The position numbers and the translations under genes were made by a program. The notes below the pieces were generated by a model. That model saw only the letters and a list, made by a program, of their open reading frames with translations, was not told where the DNA came from and ran no database searches. Below, piece by piece: positions 1 to 9,602 of a DNA stretch of 64,000 bases (its first letter is position 1; every line of letters starts with the position of its first letter). Source of the stretch: an uncultured bacterium (GTDB taxonomy: Bacteria; Fidelibacterota; Marinisomatia; Marinisomatales; UBA1611); NCBI GenBank assembly GCA_943788175.1, contig CALSPG010000006.1, positions 160,001 through 224,000 of the forward strand, read 5' to 3'.

Positions 1-441
1 CGTTAGAATCTTGTTTTCAACATAAAATGTTATGTAAGGATCTACAATCATCTCCCAAATTGGAATATTACCGTTTTCTGGCTTTATTGGAAATAAATAA
101 TAGTCTGTATTATTCAGCGGATACAGCCATTTAATCCCAACAGTTCTAGCTGTAATATAATCTGTAAAAAGATGGACGCTTGATCCTATAAGAATGATAA
201 TAAAGAATGTTTTTATATTTTCATCTTTTCTCAATAAACCCACAAACCAGCCAAAACCACAAATGACAATCCAAATAGAAGGTGTGTGAAGTATACTATG
301 ATGCTCAACTACGGACTTAGACCATAGTCCATCAATATCAGGAATTACTGCAGCAATTAGCCATAAGGCTAGCCACTTTTTCTCAAAAAATTTTAATCTA
401 TGTAATAAGTAACCTGTTGCTAAATGAGAATTAATAAACAT
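1..441 (-). CDS. Membrane-bound metal-dependent hydrolase (YdjM/DUF457-like), 3' end runs off the window
   Basis: Not in the ORF track; read by hand from ATG at 441: MFINSHLATG...AAVIPDIDGLW...HHSILHTP...SVHLFTDY...GIKWLYPL. The H, PDxD, HxxxH, HLxxD and GxxxxxP motifs match this family. Confidence 0.75.
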   Translation of the reverse strand, partial: MFINSHLATGYLLHRLKFFEKKWLALWLIAAVIPDIDGLWSKSVVEHHSILHTPSIWIVICGFGWFVGLLRKDENIKTFFIIILIGSSVHLFTDYITARTVGIKWLYPLNNTDYYLFPIKPENGNIPIWEMIVDPYITFYVENKILT

Positions 442-479
442 ATTTCTGCTTATAAATTTTCAAAAATTAAACCACTAGT

Positions 480-2273
480 TCAATTTTTCTTTTTACGAAA
501 CTTTCTATTGTCCATAGAACGTTTTAATCGATTTTTAGGTCGATTACTAGATTTGTTTTTCTTAAAACTATCTTTCCTCGTTCTATCTTTTCTATTTTCT
601 GGCGCTGGTCTAGAACCTTCAATTTTAACAATTGTCCCATTGAAGTTTTTTCCATTTAGTGCCCCAGCTAGTGATTTAGAAAATTTTTCATCAATTTCAA
701 AAAAGGAAAAGCCTTTCATTATTTCAATTTTTCCTATTTCCATATTTTTTGATTTTAGATTATCGTTGATTAAACCTATCAATTTAACGGGGTTAACATT
801 GTTTTTTGAACCAACATTAATATGAAATCGACTAAACTTGACTCTACTAGACCTATCTTTATTATTTCTAGATTTATCTCTATTGTTTCTAGGTCTATCC
901 CTATTGCTACGATTTTTTCTTCCACCACCATCCCTAGAATCTTTTGAGTTAATATTTATATCTCTGGCATTTTTGTAATAGGAAACAAAACGGTTAAATT
1001 CCGCCGATACAAATTGTTTAATTAATTGTTCTCTAGATAAGCCTTCTAGCTTTTCATTTATTGTATCAAGGAATGGTTCTATCTTTTCATTATCGACTTG
1101 CACGCTTTTAATCTTTTCAATTAAAGAAAATAATTGTTTTTTGCAAATATCTTCTCCGGTAGGGACTAATTTTTTTTCAAAACGGACACCTGACAATTTT
1201 TCAATATCTCTAACCTTGCGATTTTCTCTGGAATGAACGATCGCAATAGAGATGCCTTTTCTTCCAGCTCTTCCTGTTCTACCGCTTCTATGGGTGTAGA
1301 CCTCAGGGTCATCTGGTAGGTTGAAATTTATTATGTGAGATAAGTCGTTTACATCTAAGCCCCTAGAAGCGACATCGGTTGCAACCAATAGCTGCAATTG
1401 CCCTTTTCTAAATTTTCTCATTACATCATCACGCTGAGATTGAGACAGATCACCATGCAATGCATCAGCATTATAGCCATCATATACTAACTTACTTGCG
1501 ATATCTTTTGTTTCTCTTCGTGTTCTACAAAATACGATGCCATAGATGGTTGGATTAATATCAGCAATTCTTTTAACTACTTCATACCTATCTCTAGCCT
1601 GTACCATGTGTACAATGTGTTTAACATTTGTAGATGCAGTATTGACTGGGTCAACTGCAACCGTTACTGGATTATTCATATATTGCTTTACAATAGATGA
1701 TAATTTTTTAGGCATTGTAGCAGAAAAGAATAGCTTTTGATTCTCAGTAGATATTTTTGATAAAATAAAATCAAGATCATCCTTGAAACCCATGGACAAC
1801 ATCTCATCTGCTTCATCGAGAATTACTCGCTCCACTCTATCGATGAAAAGCTTTTTCCTCTTTAATAAATCTTTTGTTCTACCTGGTGTTCCTACAACAA
1901 TTTGAGCGCGTTTTTTTATAGCTCTAATTTGCACGTCCATGCTTGCGCCGCCATAAATAGGCACAACACCAAGATTGTCAACATATTTAGAATAAGTTTT
2001 TATGTCACTAGTAACCTGCATGCACAATTCTCTAGTTGGGCAAAGAATAAGAGTTTGTGTTCTTGAATCAGATAAGTCTGTTAAATGAATCGAAGGAATT
2101 CCAAAAGCAGCGGTTTTTCCTGTTCCAGTTTGTGCAGAACCAATTAAATCATTATTGGAGTCCATTAATAGTGGAATTGTTTTTGCCTGAATTGGGGTAG
2201 GTTTTACGAAACCAAGTTCACTCAGTGATTTTGTAATTTGCTTACTTAATTTTATATCATTAAAGGTTTCCAT
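480..2273 (-). CDS. deaD: DEAD-box RNA helicase (DeaD/CsdA type with DbpA-like RNA-binding domain)
   Basis: Q motif PTPIQ, AQTGTGKT, PTREL, DEAD, SAT, RGLD and HRSGRTGRAG motifs, plus a basic C-terminal tail. Confidence 0.9.
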   Translation of the reverse strand: METFNDIKLSKQITKSLSELGFVKPTPIQAKTIPLLMDSNNDLIGSAQTGTGKTAAFGIPSIHLTDLSDSRTQTLILCPTRELCMQVTSDIKTYSKYVDNLGVVPIYGGASMDVQIRAIKKRAQIVVGTPGRTKDLLKRKKLFIDRVERVILDEADEMLSMGFKDDLDFILSKISTENQKLFFSATMPKKLSSIVKQYMNNPVTVAVDPVNTASTNVKHIVHMVQARDRYEVVKRIADINPTIYGIVFCRTRRETKDIASKLVYDGYNADALHGDLSQSQRDDVMRKFRKGQLQLLVATDVASRGLDVNDLSHIINFNLPDDPEVYTHRSGRTGRAGRKGISIAIVHSRENRKVRDIEKLSGVRFEKKLVPTGEDICKKQLFSLIEKIKSVQVDNEKIEPFLDTINEKLEGLSREQLIKQFVSAEFNRFVSYYKNARDININSKDSRDGGGRKNRSNRDRPRNNRDKSRNNKDRSSRVKFSRFHINVGSKNNVNPVKLIGLINDNLKSKNMEIGKIEIMKGFSFFEIDEKFSKSLAGALNGKNFNGTIVKIEGSRPAPENRKDRTRKDSFKKNKSSNRPKNRLKRSMDNRKFRKKKN

Positions 2274-2403
2274 TTACTATCTTCTTTCGACTGTTTTATA
2301 AAATACGCTAATCAGTCTAGGGAACACCAAAAATTAATATCACAAAAGGTGTGCATATAAGGCTGTGTTAGGTCGTGAATATAGCAGTTAAATAGTTAGG
2401 TCA

Positions 2404-4080
2404 CTATGGAATTGGACCGACAATAAAATCCATTCGAATCTCTTGCCCAAAATCCGATGGAAAGGTTTTCAAGAGATTCTGGCCTAGATCATAAAACCCT
2501 AAAGTCCCTGCTATTCCAACAGAATCTTTTTGTCTCCACCATAATTTGTCTATTCCATCTTCATTAAAATCATTAAAAACAAATTGATAGAGACCGTCTT
2601 CGAGTTTTATCAAAACATCATAATCTGTATTATCTAAAAATTGAGATTCAGAATAATATACGTTTTTCTGATAATCATGAATGCTAAATGAATTTTGCTT
2701 AGCCCTTCCAAAATTATTTGTTTTTAATTTCATTATAAAAGTTGTTGGAAATACTGGAGGTATATTTATAATTGAAATAATTTTATTATCAATCTCATTC
2801 TCATCTTTTCTTCCATTTATTGTCGCTGCCTGAACACAAAAACTTTGATTGTTTTTTAAACCGGTCCAATCATTTATTGGTAAAATAATAGTCGTACTAT
2901 CCAAAAATTTCAAATCACCAGACCAGTGGTGTATTGTTTTTTTTCCAAATTCAAGGCCATAATAAAACTTTATTCTCCTTATTTGTTCAGTTCCAATATT
3001 TCTAATCAGTACTTTCGCGTCACCTAATGTTGGATTAATTCTGGAAAATCTATCATGTGAACTAGGATTTATAATATCCAATATTTCTAAATTTCTCTTA
3101 AAATTCGGAGGCCCAAAAGAAAATAACTGGTGACTAATTCTATATATTCCATCTTTTTCATCAAAGTCTTCCATTTTTTCTATTTCATAATCAAATTTAA
3201 TTGTCTGCCCAGGATTAACTAAGTGAGTCAATTCAAATATTTCTTCATGTACTTTTGTACCAGGGCACCAACCTGCTCTATCAAATGGCCAAGTACCTCC
3301 TTGAGGATATATTGGGTTGTTTCCACAATCTTCCCAAACATTCCAAGTATGTTCTTTTGAATCATTAATGATATAATGGTGTGATTTACTTACCCATTCA
3401 CAACAATAGTTAGGCCCCTCATGTCCATGCCCACTTATTATTGATTTAATACTAAACTCAGATGCTAGTGGATCAAGATCTACTCTTCTTGGCTTTAGAA
3501 CTTTATTCTCAGATATTTCACCATATTTGTACGTGTATCCGTAATGCCCATCATACGCTCCTAATGGATATAAGTTTTTAACTGACATAGAATTGCGAGG
3601 TGGAATACCTTCGATAAAATGAAATTTAAGATCTAACAGTTCTTGATTATTACCTATATGTAATTCTTTTTCTCCTCGCAGAAGTGGCGCATAATCTGTC
3701 AGGTCATAAACCCATTGCCAACCCTCTTTTCCTCCCATCTTGAGCCTTTTACCATATGGCGTGACAAAACTTCCAATTTTAAAAACTTCAACAGTATCAC
3801 TAACCGGAACAAAAAGCATTGCGTCCCAAATGTAATCCCACTCGCCGCAATCATATTTATCTGCTTTCGTCATGGAATCACATTTAAGAGTTTGAATCAT
3901 TAATATTTTTCTCCAATTATTTTCTGTTTCAGGAAAATTAACTTGTACTTCATACTGTGCGACCCAGCCTTCAGGGCTAGGAGTAGAAAAACTAATCGGA
4001 TTAATTGTTAAGGTATCCTCTGAAAATGATTTCCCACAAATTAAAACAGAGAAAAAGATTATGAAAAAACGAATTTGGAT
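2404..4080 (-). CDS. Peptide-N-glycosidase F-related secreted protein
   Basis: CGEWDY, FVTPYG, SGHG, NPIYPQGGTWPFDRAGWCPG motifs. The frame stays open 60 codons upstream of the track ATG (3900) and encodes a signal-peptide-like N-terminus (IQIRFFIIFFSVLICGKSFS); the start is uncertain. Confidence 0.75.
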   Translation of the reverse strand: MQIRFFIIFFSVLICGKSFSEDTLTINPISFSTPSPEGWVAQYEVQVNFPETENNWRKILMIQTLKCDSMTKADKYDCGEWDYIWDAMLFVPVSDTVEVFKIGSFVTPYGKRLKMGGKEGWQWVYDLTDYAPLLRGEKELHIGNNQELLDLKFHFIEGIPPRNSMSVKNLYPLGAYDGHYGYTYKYGEISENKVLKPRRVDLDPLASEFSIKSIISGHGHEGPNYCCEWVSKSHHYIINDSKEHTWNVWEDCGNNPIYPQGGTWPFDRAGWCPGTKVHEEIFELTHLVNPGQTIKFDYEIEKMEDFDEKDGIYRISHQLFSFGPPNFKRNLEILDIINPSSHDRFSRINPTLGDAKVLIRNIGTEQIRRIKFYYGLEFGKKTIHHWSGDLKFLDSTTIILPINDWTGLKNNQSFCVQAATINGRKDENEIDNKIISIINIPPVFPTTFIMKLKTNNFGRAKQNSFSIHDYQKNVYYSESQFLDNTDYDVLIKLEDGLYQFVFNDFNEDGIDKLWWRQKDSVGIAGTLGFYDLGQNLLKTFPSDFGQEIRMDFIVGPIP

Positions 4081-4107
4081 AAAACTTTAATGGAAAAAAT
4101 TAGATAA

Positions 4108-4881
4108 TCATGACTGATGACGAGTAAAAACCGGTTTCATTTTGGATGAAAGAGAGGGATCAAATGAATAACCATCTAAATTAAATGATAATATCTCTTC
4201 GGAGCTATCGATTCTATTATCAATGATATATCTCGCCATCATTCCCCTAGCTTTTTTAGCATAGAAAGATATCATTTTAATAGTATCATTTTTTATTTCC
4301 TTAAACTCTGGTGTAATAACAGCAACTTCTAAAAATTGATTAGCAATTGATTTAAAATATTCATTTGAAGCACAATTAATAATTACTTTTTGTTTGTGGC
4401 CTTTTAATTCATTTGAAATATTCATTGCAATACTACTACCCCAGAAATCATAAAGATTTTTCCCTCTACTGTTCTGAAGTTTAGTACCCATTTCTAACCT
4501 ATAAGGAAGCATAAGGTCTAAAGGTTTTAGCACCCCATAAAGGCCTGAGAGTATTCTAACATTATCTTGCGCAAAAATAACATCTTTCTCTGATAAGCTT
4601 TCTGCATTTAAGCCGGTATATGTATCACCTTTAAATGAAAAAAAAGCTTCTCTGGATATACTAGGGGCATAATCTGAGGTCCATGATTGAAATCTTTCCC
4701 AATTAAGTTCAGATAGATTTTGACTGATTCCCATTAAGTTTTGCAATTGGTCAGGTTTATAATTCTTTAAAATACTAACTAACTTATCAGAGTCTTCTAA
4801 AAATACAGGCTTTGTGTAAGCGTTACCTTTGGCAGAACAATCAGTTGAAAGTTTTTTAGCGGGAGATAATACAGTTATCAT
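4108..4881 (-). CDS. yaaA: Peroxide stress protein YaaA (DUF328)
   Basis: LSPAK N-terminus, ILSGLYGVLKPLD, PYRLEMGT, ASNEY, ISFYAKKARG. Confidence 0.92.
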   Translation of the reverse strand: MITVLSPAKKLSTDCSAKGNAYTKPVFLEDSDKLVSILKNYKPDQLQNLMGISQNLSELNWERFQSWTSDYAPSISREAFFSFKGDTYTGLNAESLSEKDVIFAQDNVRILSGLYGVLKPLDLMLPYRLEMGTKLQNSRGKNLYDFWGSSIAMNISNELKGHKQKVIINCASNEYFKSIANQFLEVAVITPEFKEIKNDTIKMISFYAKKARGMMARYIIDNRIDSSEEILSFNLDGYSFDPSLSSKMKPVFTRHQS

Positions 4882-4956
4882 AAATCAAATTTATTAAAGA
4901 ATCTGTATAAACATAAAACATTGTTTATGAAAAATTTAAATACTGATAATACATTT

Positions 4957-5100
4957 TTAAATTCTCGTTTTTTTATTTTTTTGTATTAAAAATGGCGATT
5001 GAATAAAGGACCTAAAACCAATCCTCATTTTATTCATTAAAGCATCGACATCTTCATCTTTAAATAATTGAGCTTTTTTTATAGTTATATTTTTTTTCAT
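4957..5100 (-). CDS. Possible 47-aa small protein
   Basis: ATG-started ORF MKKNITIKKAQLFKDEDVDALMNKMRIGFRSFIQSPFLIQKNKKTRI, co-oriented and filling the gap between the peptidase and yaaA; no recognised homology. Confidence 0.3.
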   Translation of the reverse strand: MKKNITIKKAQLFKDEDVDALMNKMRIGFRSFIQSPFLIQKNKKTRI

Positions 5101-5157
5101 TTTTGATTTTATAATTACATACAAGCATTTATTGTAATAATATTTTCAGTAGTTTAT

Positions 5158-8058
5158 TTAAAAAAACCAGTACAATCGTATTCTTTCTTTAACCCAATTT
5201 ACATTGTTTGGAACTTTATTTTTCATCTCCCAGTTTTGATAAAGGGGTATTAGTATTGGACCAATAATTATTCCAACAGAAATATAGTTTGTTTCAGGAA
5301 GGCTTCTTCCAGTCGCAAAATCAAAAAACACATCTGGAGTAAAAAAGTTAGGGAATGATTGCCTTACGCGCACCGTAAAAATATTATCATCTGATGAAAG
5401 AAATGGATTTTCAATGTTAATTCCTCTAATCCCGCCACCATTATAGACCTTCTCAAGAACACTCAACCTGTTTCCAGCGTTGCGATCCCATACGTAGTTA
5501 TCAAAATCAGGACTAATAGAACCACTTAAAAAGTAATGATATTGCTTAGGAATATTATTAAAATGTAAAAATGATCCGGCATCTAATTGAATTTTTGTTT
5601 TCAACCCTTTCGAAAAAGTTTTTTCAAGACTTGCACCAATGTCAAATTTTGCAAAATTATTACCAGCATGAATCTTTGAAAAAATCTCATATGAACTTGA
5701 GAAAGATGGTTCCCAAAATGTTCCTAAACGCAATTTAACGGTTCCAAATTTTCCGACATTATAGATATTAGGATTCAATGCTATCGTCGATTTTATGCTA
5801 TGATAATTAAAAGAAATTTTCATATTATTTTGCTTATAAGTTTTTTGAGATCTATCGTTATCTTTTGCCTTAATAATAAATTTGATACCTTCTCTACCTC
5901 CACGAGAATCAAACACGGATTCAAATGAACCTGCGCTCAAAAACCCTAAATTATAAAATTCTTTTTTTGATCGGATAATTCCATTTATCTTTTTATTCTT
6001 ATCACCATAAAGCACAAATGCATTAAAACTCTTTTTGCCAAATCCAGCATCCCCACCATAAGAAAATAATAGACCATTTAAATTCCCATCATATGAGTTA
6101 TAGGTTGGTAGCCAAGGACTAATATTTATATCTGTATTATTATAGGTAGGTTTATCATAAATAAAATGAGGTTTTAATGGCCTCTTTGTTGAATTATTTG
6201 CTCTATTTACATCTGGCATGTATTGATCAGGGTCAATAATAATTTTTTTACATCCAATTGGTGTTTCTAATGTATGGCTACCTCCTTGAAACCTCACCCA
6301 CTCTTTGCCAACTTCCTTATTACGTTTATCATAAAATGCAACTTCGACAGGTACATTAAAATTTCCATTATTTTTTATAATAAATTTTCCATTTCTTTTA
6401 TGAGCCATATAATCAATGTATGTTGTACTATCGATCAAATTTTCGAAAAACCAACTTACATCCTCATCTAGGTGATTATTAAAAGAATTAATTAAATCAT
6501 TCGATTTGGGGTGCTTGAATTTCCAAGATTCGAAATAATCTTTTAAAATTATATCTATTTTACTCTCACCTATATAATGTTGAAGATATCTCATCATCAC
6601 AGCGACTTTTGAATAATTTTGGCCATAATTACGATATGAATAATTTTTATTAGATGAAATATTTAAAGGTTGCGCACCATCTTTAAGAGCATTGGAAGCA
6701 TAATTAGAATATTGAAAATGAGGCATATTAAAGTTTTTACCAATCCCAATTTTGTTTTGTAAAACATCTGAAAAAACTAACTGCGCATTCCTTCTAGCGT
6801 ATTTTTTTTCCCAATATCGAATTCCAGAATATTCTGTTAGACCCTCATCCATCCATGCATGATCCCTTTCGTTTGTACCTAAAATCCCATAGAACCAATT
6901 ATGTCCCACTTCATGCATAATAACATACTCTAGTAAATCTTCCGATGGAGAACTTGAAATTACAGTTATATTAGGATACTCCATTCCACCACCAGCTGAC
7001 ATATCTCCATCAACAGCTGAAATATGATTATAAGGATAATCCCCGTAAAACCTACTATACCAAAGTCCAGAATCATGAATATAATCTAATGACTTGCGCC
7101 ACATCCATGCATTTTTTGGTAGATACATACTCCATAATGAAATTTGTTTAGTGGAATCATCAAGCCAGAGTTCACCTTTTTGTACAATCCAGTTCGGATC
7201 AGCAAACCAAGCAAAATCATGAACATTATATTGTCTAAAATGAATAGTTTTGTTTGGATAAACTTTTAATGAATCTTTTTCATCACTTTTCTTTTTTTTA
7301 TCACTCTTTGGTTCTTTATTTTTAAAGTGTTTTGCTAATTCTTTTTTTGTAAGATTTTTTAAAGAGTCACCAATACTTGAAAGTGAATCTAACCAGGCAA
7401 GCTCTTTTTTACCATTAATCATATCCCCCGTAGCCATTAATCGATAATTTTCTGGTAGCGTAATTTTTACGTCAAACGTACCAAATTCGCTGTAAAATTC
7501 TCCCATATTTAAGTATGGCATTGGATGCCAACCCTCATTGTCATAAACAGCTGGTTTGGGATACCATTGCGTTATTTCAAAATGTTTTCCAGAATGACCA
7601 AGCCTTGAAACTACTTTTGGAAGTTTGACAAAAAATGGAGTTTCAATTATTATTTTATGTCCAGGGAGAAGTGGTTTTGGGAGATTAATTTTTGCAACGT
7701 CAATCCATTCAACATGAAAATCCCAATTAGCTTTTACACCATCAACATAAAAATCTAGACTATCTATATATCCCCGGTCCTTTTCTTTTGTATAAAGAAA
7801 ACGTGTACTACCAAGCCTAAGAAATTGTTTTGCTAATGCTGTCGAGTCATTTTTATAGGCATTTGGCCAAAGATGAAACCAAATAAAATTTAAGGTGTCT
7901 CTACTATTATTTTTATAGGTTATTTTTTCAAAAGCTGATAGAGTTTTATTAGAGTCATTCAGAGTAACATCAATATCATATGTAACATCTTGTTGAAAAT
8001 ATTCTTCACTTCGAATGAAAGCAAATAAAAAGAGTATAAAGAATGCATAAGACTTCAT
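5158..8058 (-). CDS. Secreted M1-family zinc aminopeptidase with long C-terminal extension
   Basis: Signal peptide; GGMEYP exopeptidase motif; HEVGH-x18-E (WMDEG); QWYPK. Confidence 0.88.
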   Translation of the reverse strand: MKSYAFFILFLFAFIRSEEYFQQDVTYDIDVTLNDSNKTLSAFEKITYKNNSRDTLNFIWFHLWPNAYKNDSTALAKQFLRLGSTRFLYTKEKDRGYIDSLDFYVDGVKANWDFHVEWIDVAKINLPKPLLPGHKIIIETPFFVKLPKVVSRLGHSGKHFEITQWYPKPAVYDNEGWHPMPYLNMGEFYSEFGTFDVKITLPENYRLMATGDMINGKKELAWLDSLSSIGDSLKNLTKKELAKHFKNKEPKSDKKKKSDEKDSLKVYPNKTIHFRQYNVHDFAWFADPNWIVQKGELWLDDSTKQISLWSMYLPKNAWMWRKSLDYIHDSGLWYSRFYGDYPYNHISAVDGDMSAGGGMEYPNITVISSSPSEDLLEYVIMHEVGHNWFYGILGTNERDHAWMDEGLTEYSGIRYWEKKYARRNAQLVFSDVLQNKIGIGKNFNMPHFQYSNYASNALKDGAQPLNISSNKNYSYRNYGQNYSKVAVMMRYLQHYIGESKIDIILKDYFESWKFKHPKSNDLINSFNNHLDEDVSWFFENLIDSTTYIDYMAHKRNGKFIIKNNGNFNVPVEVAFYDKRNKEVGKEWVRFQGGSHTLETPIGCKKIIIDPDQYMPDVNRANNSTKRPLKPHFIYDKPTYNNTDINISPWLPTYNSYDGNLNGLLFSYGGDAGFGKKSFNAFVLYGDKNKKINGIIRSKKEFYNLGFLSAGSFESVFDSRGGREGIKFIIKAKDNDRSQKTYKQNNMKISFNYHSIKSTIALNPNIYNVGKFGTVKLRLGTFWEPSFSSSYEIFSKIHAGNNFAKFDIGASLEKTFSKGLKTKIQLDAGSFLHFNNIPKQYHYFLSGSISPDFDNYVWDRNAGNRLSVLEKVYNGGGIRGINIENPFLSSDDNIFTVRVRQSFPNFFTPDVFFDFATGRSLPETNYISVGIIIGPILIPLYQNWEMKNKVPNNVNWVKERIRLYWFF

Positions 8059-8808
8059 TTAATGAAAAATATTATTAAATAAATCAGCTAGCCTAACTCC
8101 CGCTTGCATTAATCTCATATCTAAAATTGGTTTTGTTACAAACATATAATTATAAGTTAGGTTATTAGTTTCAAAACTATAACATACGTTTCTATACTTT
8201 TTAGATTCATTCGCATAAAATTCGAAATCTTTAACTATCCATTTAATGCACTCTGATTCGTCAAACTCTAAATTTAAAAAATGTGCATATTCAGTAAAAC
8301 TCAAGTTCTGATGTTCAATTAATTTCTCATCCCAAACCTCATGCAAGTTGGTGTCCTCACCAAACCATTTTACTTTTATATTGTTGCCCCCTCTATCCTT
8401 GCCATTACCAACATGTAAAGGCTGATGTAAATCACCAACAAGATGCACCAACCACTTAATAGCCTGCTTTTTTTCTTCTAAACTCATGTCAACAGAGTTG
8501 GCATTTTTAGAAAATTCATTTATTTTATCTACTAGTTTCCCAGAATGCTTTCCAATTTCATAAACTTCTCCATCAGGAATAGTAGCCCAATGCCAATCAT
8601 AAGCATGGTTCCAATTAGGATTTGATTTTATTCTATCTGCCCAAATGCTTATATAAGCTAAGTCATGATGACCAATAATATTTTTGATTTGACGTTTTGC
8701 TTTATTTGACAACCTATCTTCAGCAACTTTTCCAACAATCCGATGGCCAGTATTACCCCATCCAAAAAGGGTTGAAAAAAGAGTAAGAATTGATAATATT
8801 TGCTTCAT
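8059..8808 (-). CDS. S1/P1 nuclease, secreted
   Basis: Signal peptide followed by mature WGNTGH; WAD, HLVGDLHQPLH, DRGGN, NLHEVWD. Confidence 0.92.
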   Translation of the reverse strand: MKQILSILTLFSTLFGWGNTGHRIVGKVAEDRLSNKAKRQIKNIIGHHDLAYISIWADRIKSNPNWNHAYDWHWATIPDGEVYEIGKHSGKLVDKINEFSKNANSVDMSLEEKKQAIKWLVHLVGDLHQPLHVGNGKDRGGNNIKVKWFGEDTNLHEVWDEKLIEHQNLSFTEYAHFLNLEFDESECIKWIVKDFEFYANESKKYRNVCYSFETNNLTYNYMFVTKPILDMRLMQAGVRLADLFNNIFH

Positions 8809-8887
8809 TTCATTATGTAGTGAAAAATTAGATATAAAACATTTTTCTAATGTAAAGAAAATTTTTAAACAAATTATGAAAGAATAT

Positions 8888-9598
8888 TTATTGAATATTC
8901 CTCTTCTTTTTTATCTCGCTATAAGCATCACTAACAGCTTTAAATTTTTCTTCAGCAGTTTTTTGTATTTCTTTGCCTAAGTGAGCAACTTTATCTGGAT
9001 GATATTTAACTGCCATCTTTCGATAAGCTTTTTTTATTTCACTATCAGTAGCACTTGGTTCAATTTCTAGTATTTTATAGGCGCTATCCATATCTTTGAT
9101 AAAAATAGCTTTAATTGATTCATAGTCTTTTTTACTAATATTTAAATATCCAGATATAGTGCTAATCACCTTTACTTCTTGAGGGTGGATTTCTCCATCA
9201 GATGCAGATAGACCAAAAAGAACATGTAAAAGTTCGAGTCTGCTTGGATGATCCATAGACTTTTGTATCTGCCCGCATACTTCTGCAACACTGTAATCTT
9301 GTTTTAATATTTCTTGGAACATTTTAATAAAGACACTTGATTGCTTCGAACTCAGATTGCGTTTTAAGAAACTTTTTACATAGTCTAATTCCGATTTAAG
9401 GAGCTTGCCATCAGCTTTCATAACCTTTGCAAAAAGAACCAAAAGAGAGACCATAAAGTCTCCGGCCTGAGATTGTTTTATACTTTTGTAAGAGCTCTGA
9501 TCTCCCGATCCCGCAAAAATGACACCTAAAATCCCACCAATTGGACCACCAAATGCCCAGCCTAAGGTTCCCCACAGTATTTGTTTTCCTGATATCAT
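8888..9598 (-). CDS. djlA: DjlA-like co-chaperone (TerB domain plus J-domain)
   Basis: N-terminal Gly-rich TM segment (GWAFGGPIGG), KADG, C-terminal J-domain with HPD. Start moved to ATG 9598 to avoid overlap with typA. Confidence 0.85.
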   Translation of the reverse strand: MISGKQILWGTLGWAFGGPIGGILGVIFAGSGDQSSYKSIKQSQAGDFMVSLLVLFAKVMKADGKLLKSELDYVKSFLKRNLSSKQSSVFIKMFQEILKQDYSVAEVCGQIQKSMDHPSRLELLHVLFGLSASDGEIHPQEVKVISTISGYLNISKKDYESIKAIFIKDMDSAYKILEIEPSATDSEIKKAYRKMAVKYHPDKVAHLGKEIQKTAEEKFKAVSDAYSEIKKKRNIQ

Positions 9599-9602
9599 TA
9601 TT

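Noticed and set aside
850-915. Degenerate 21-nt tandem repeat
   Set aside because: Encodes the low-complexity R/N/D/K linker of the helicase; not a CRISPR array
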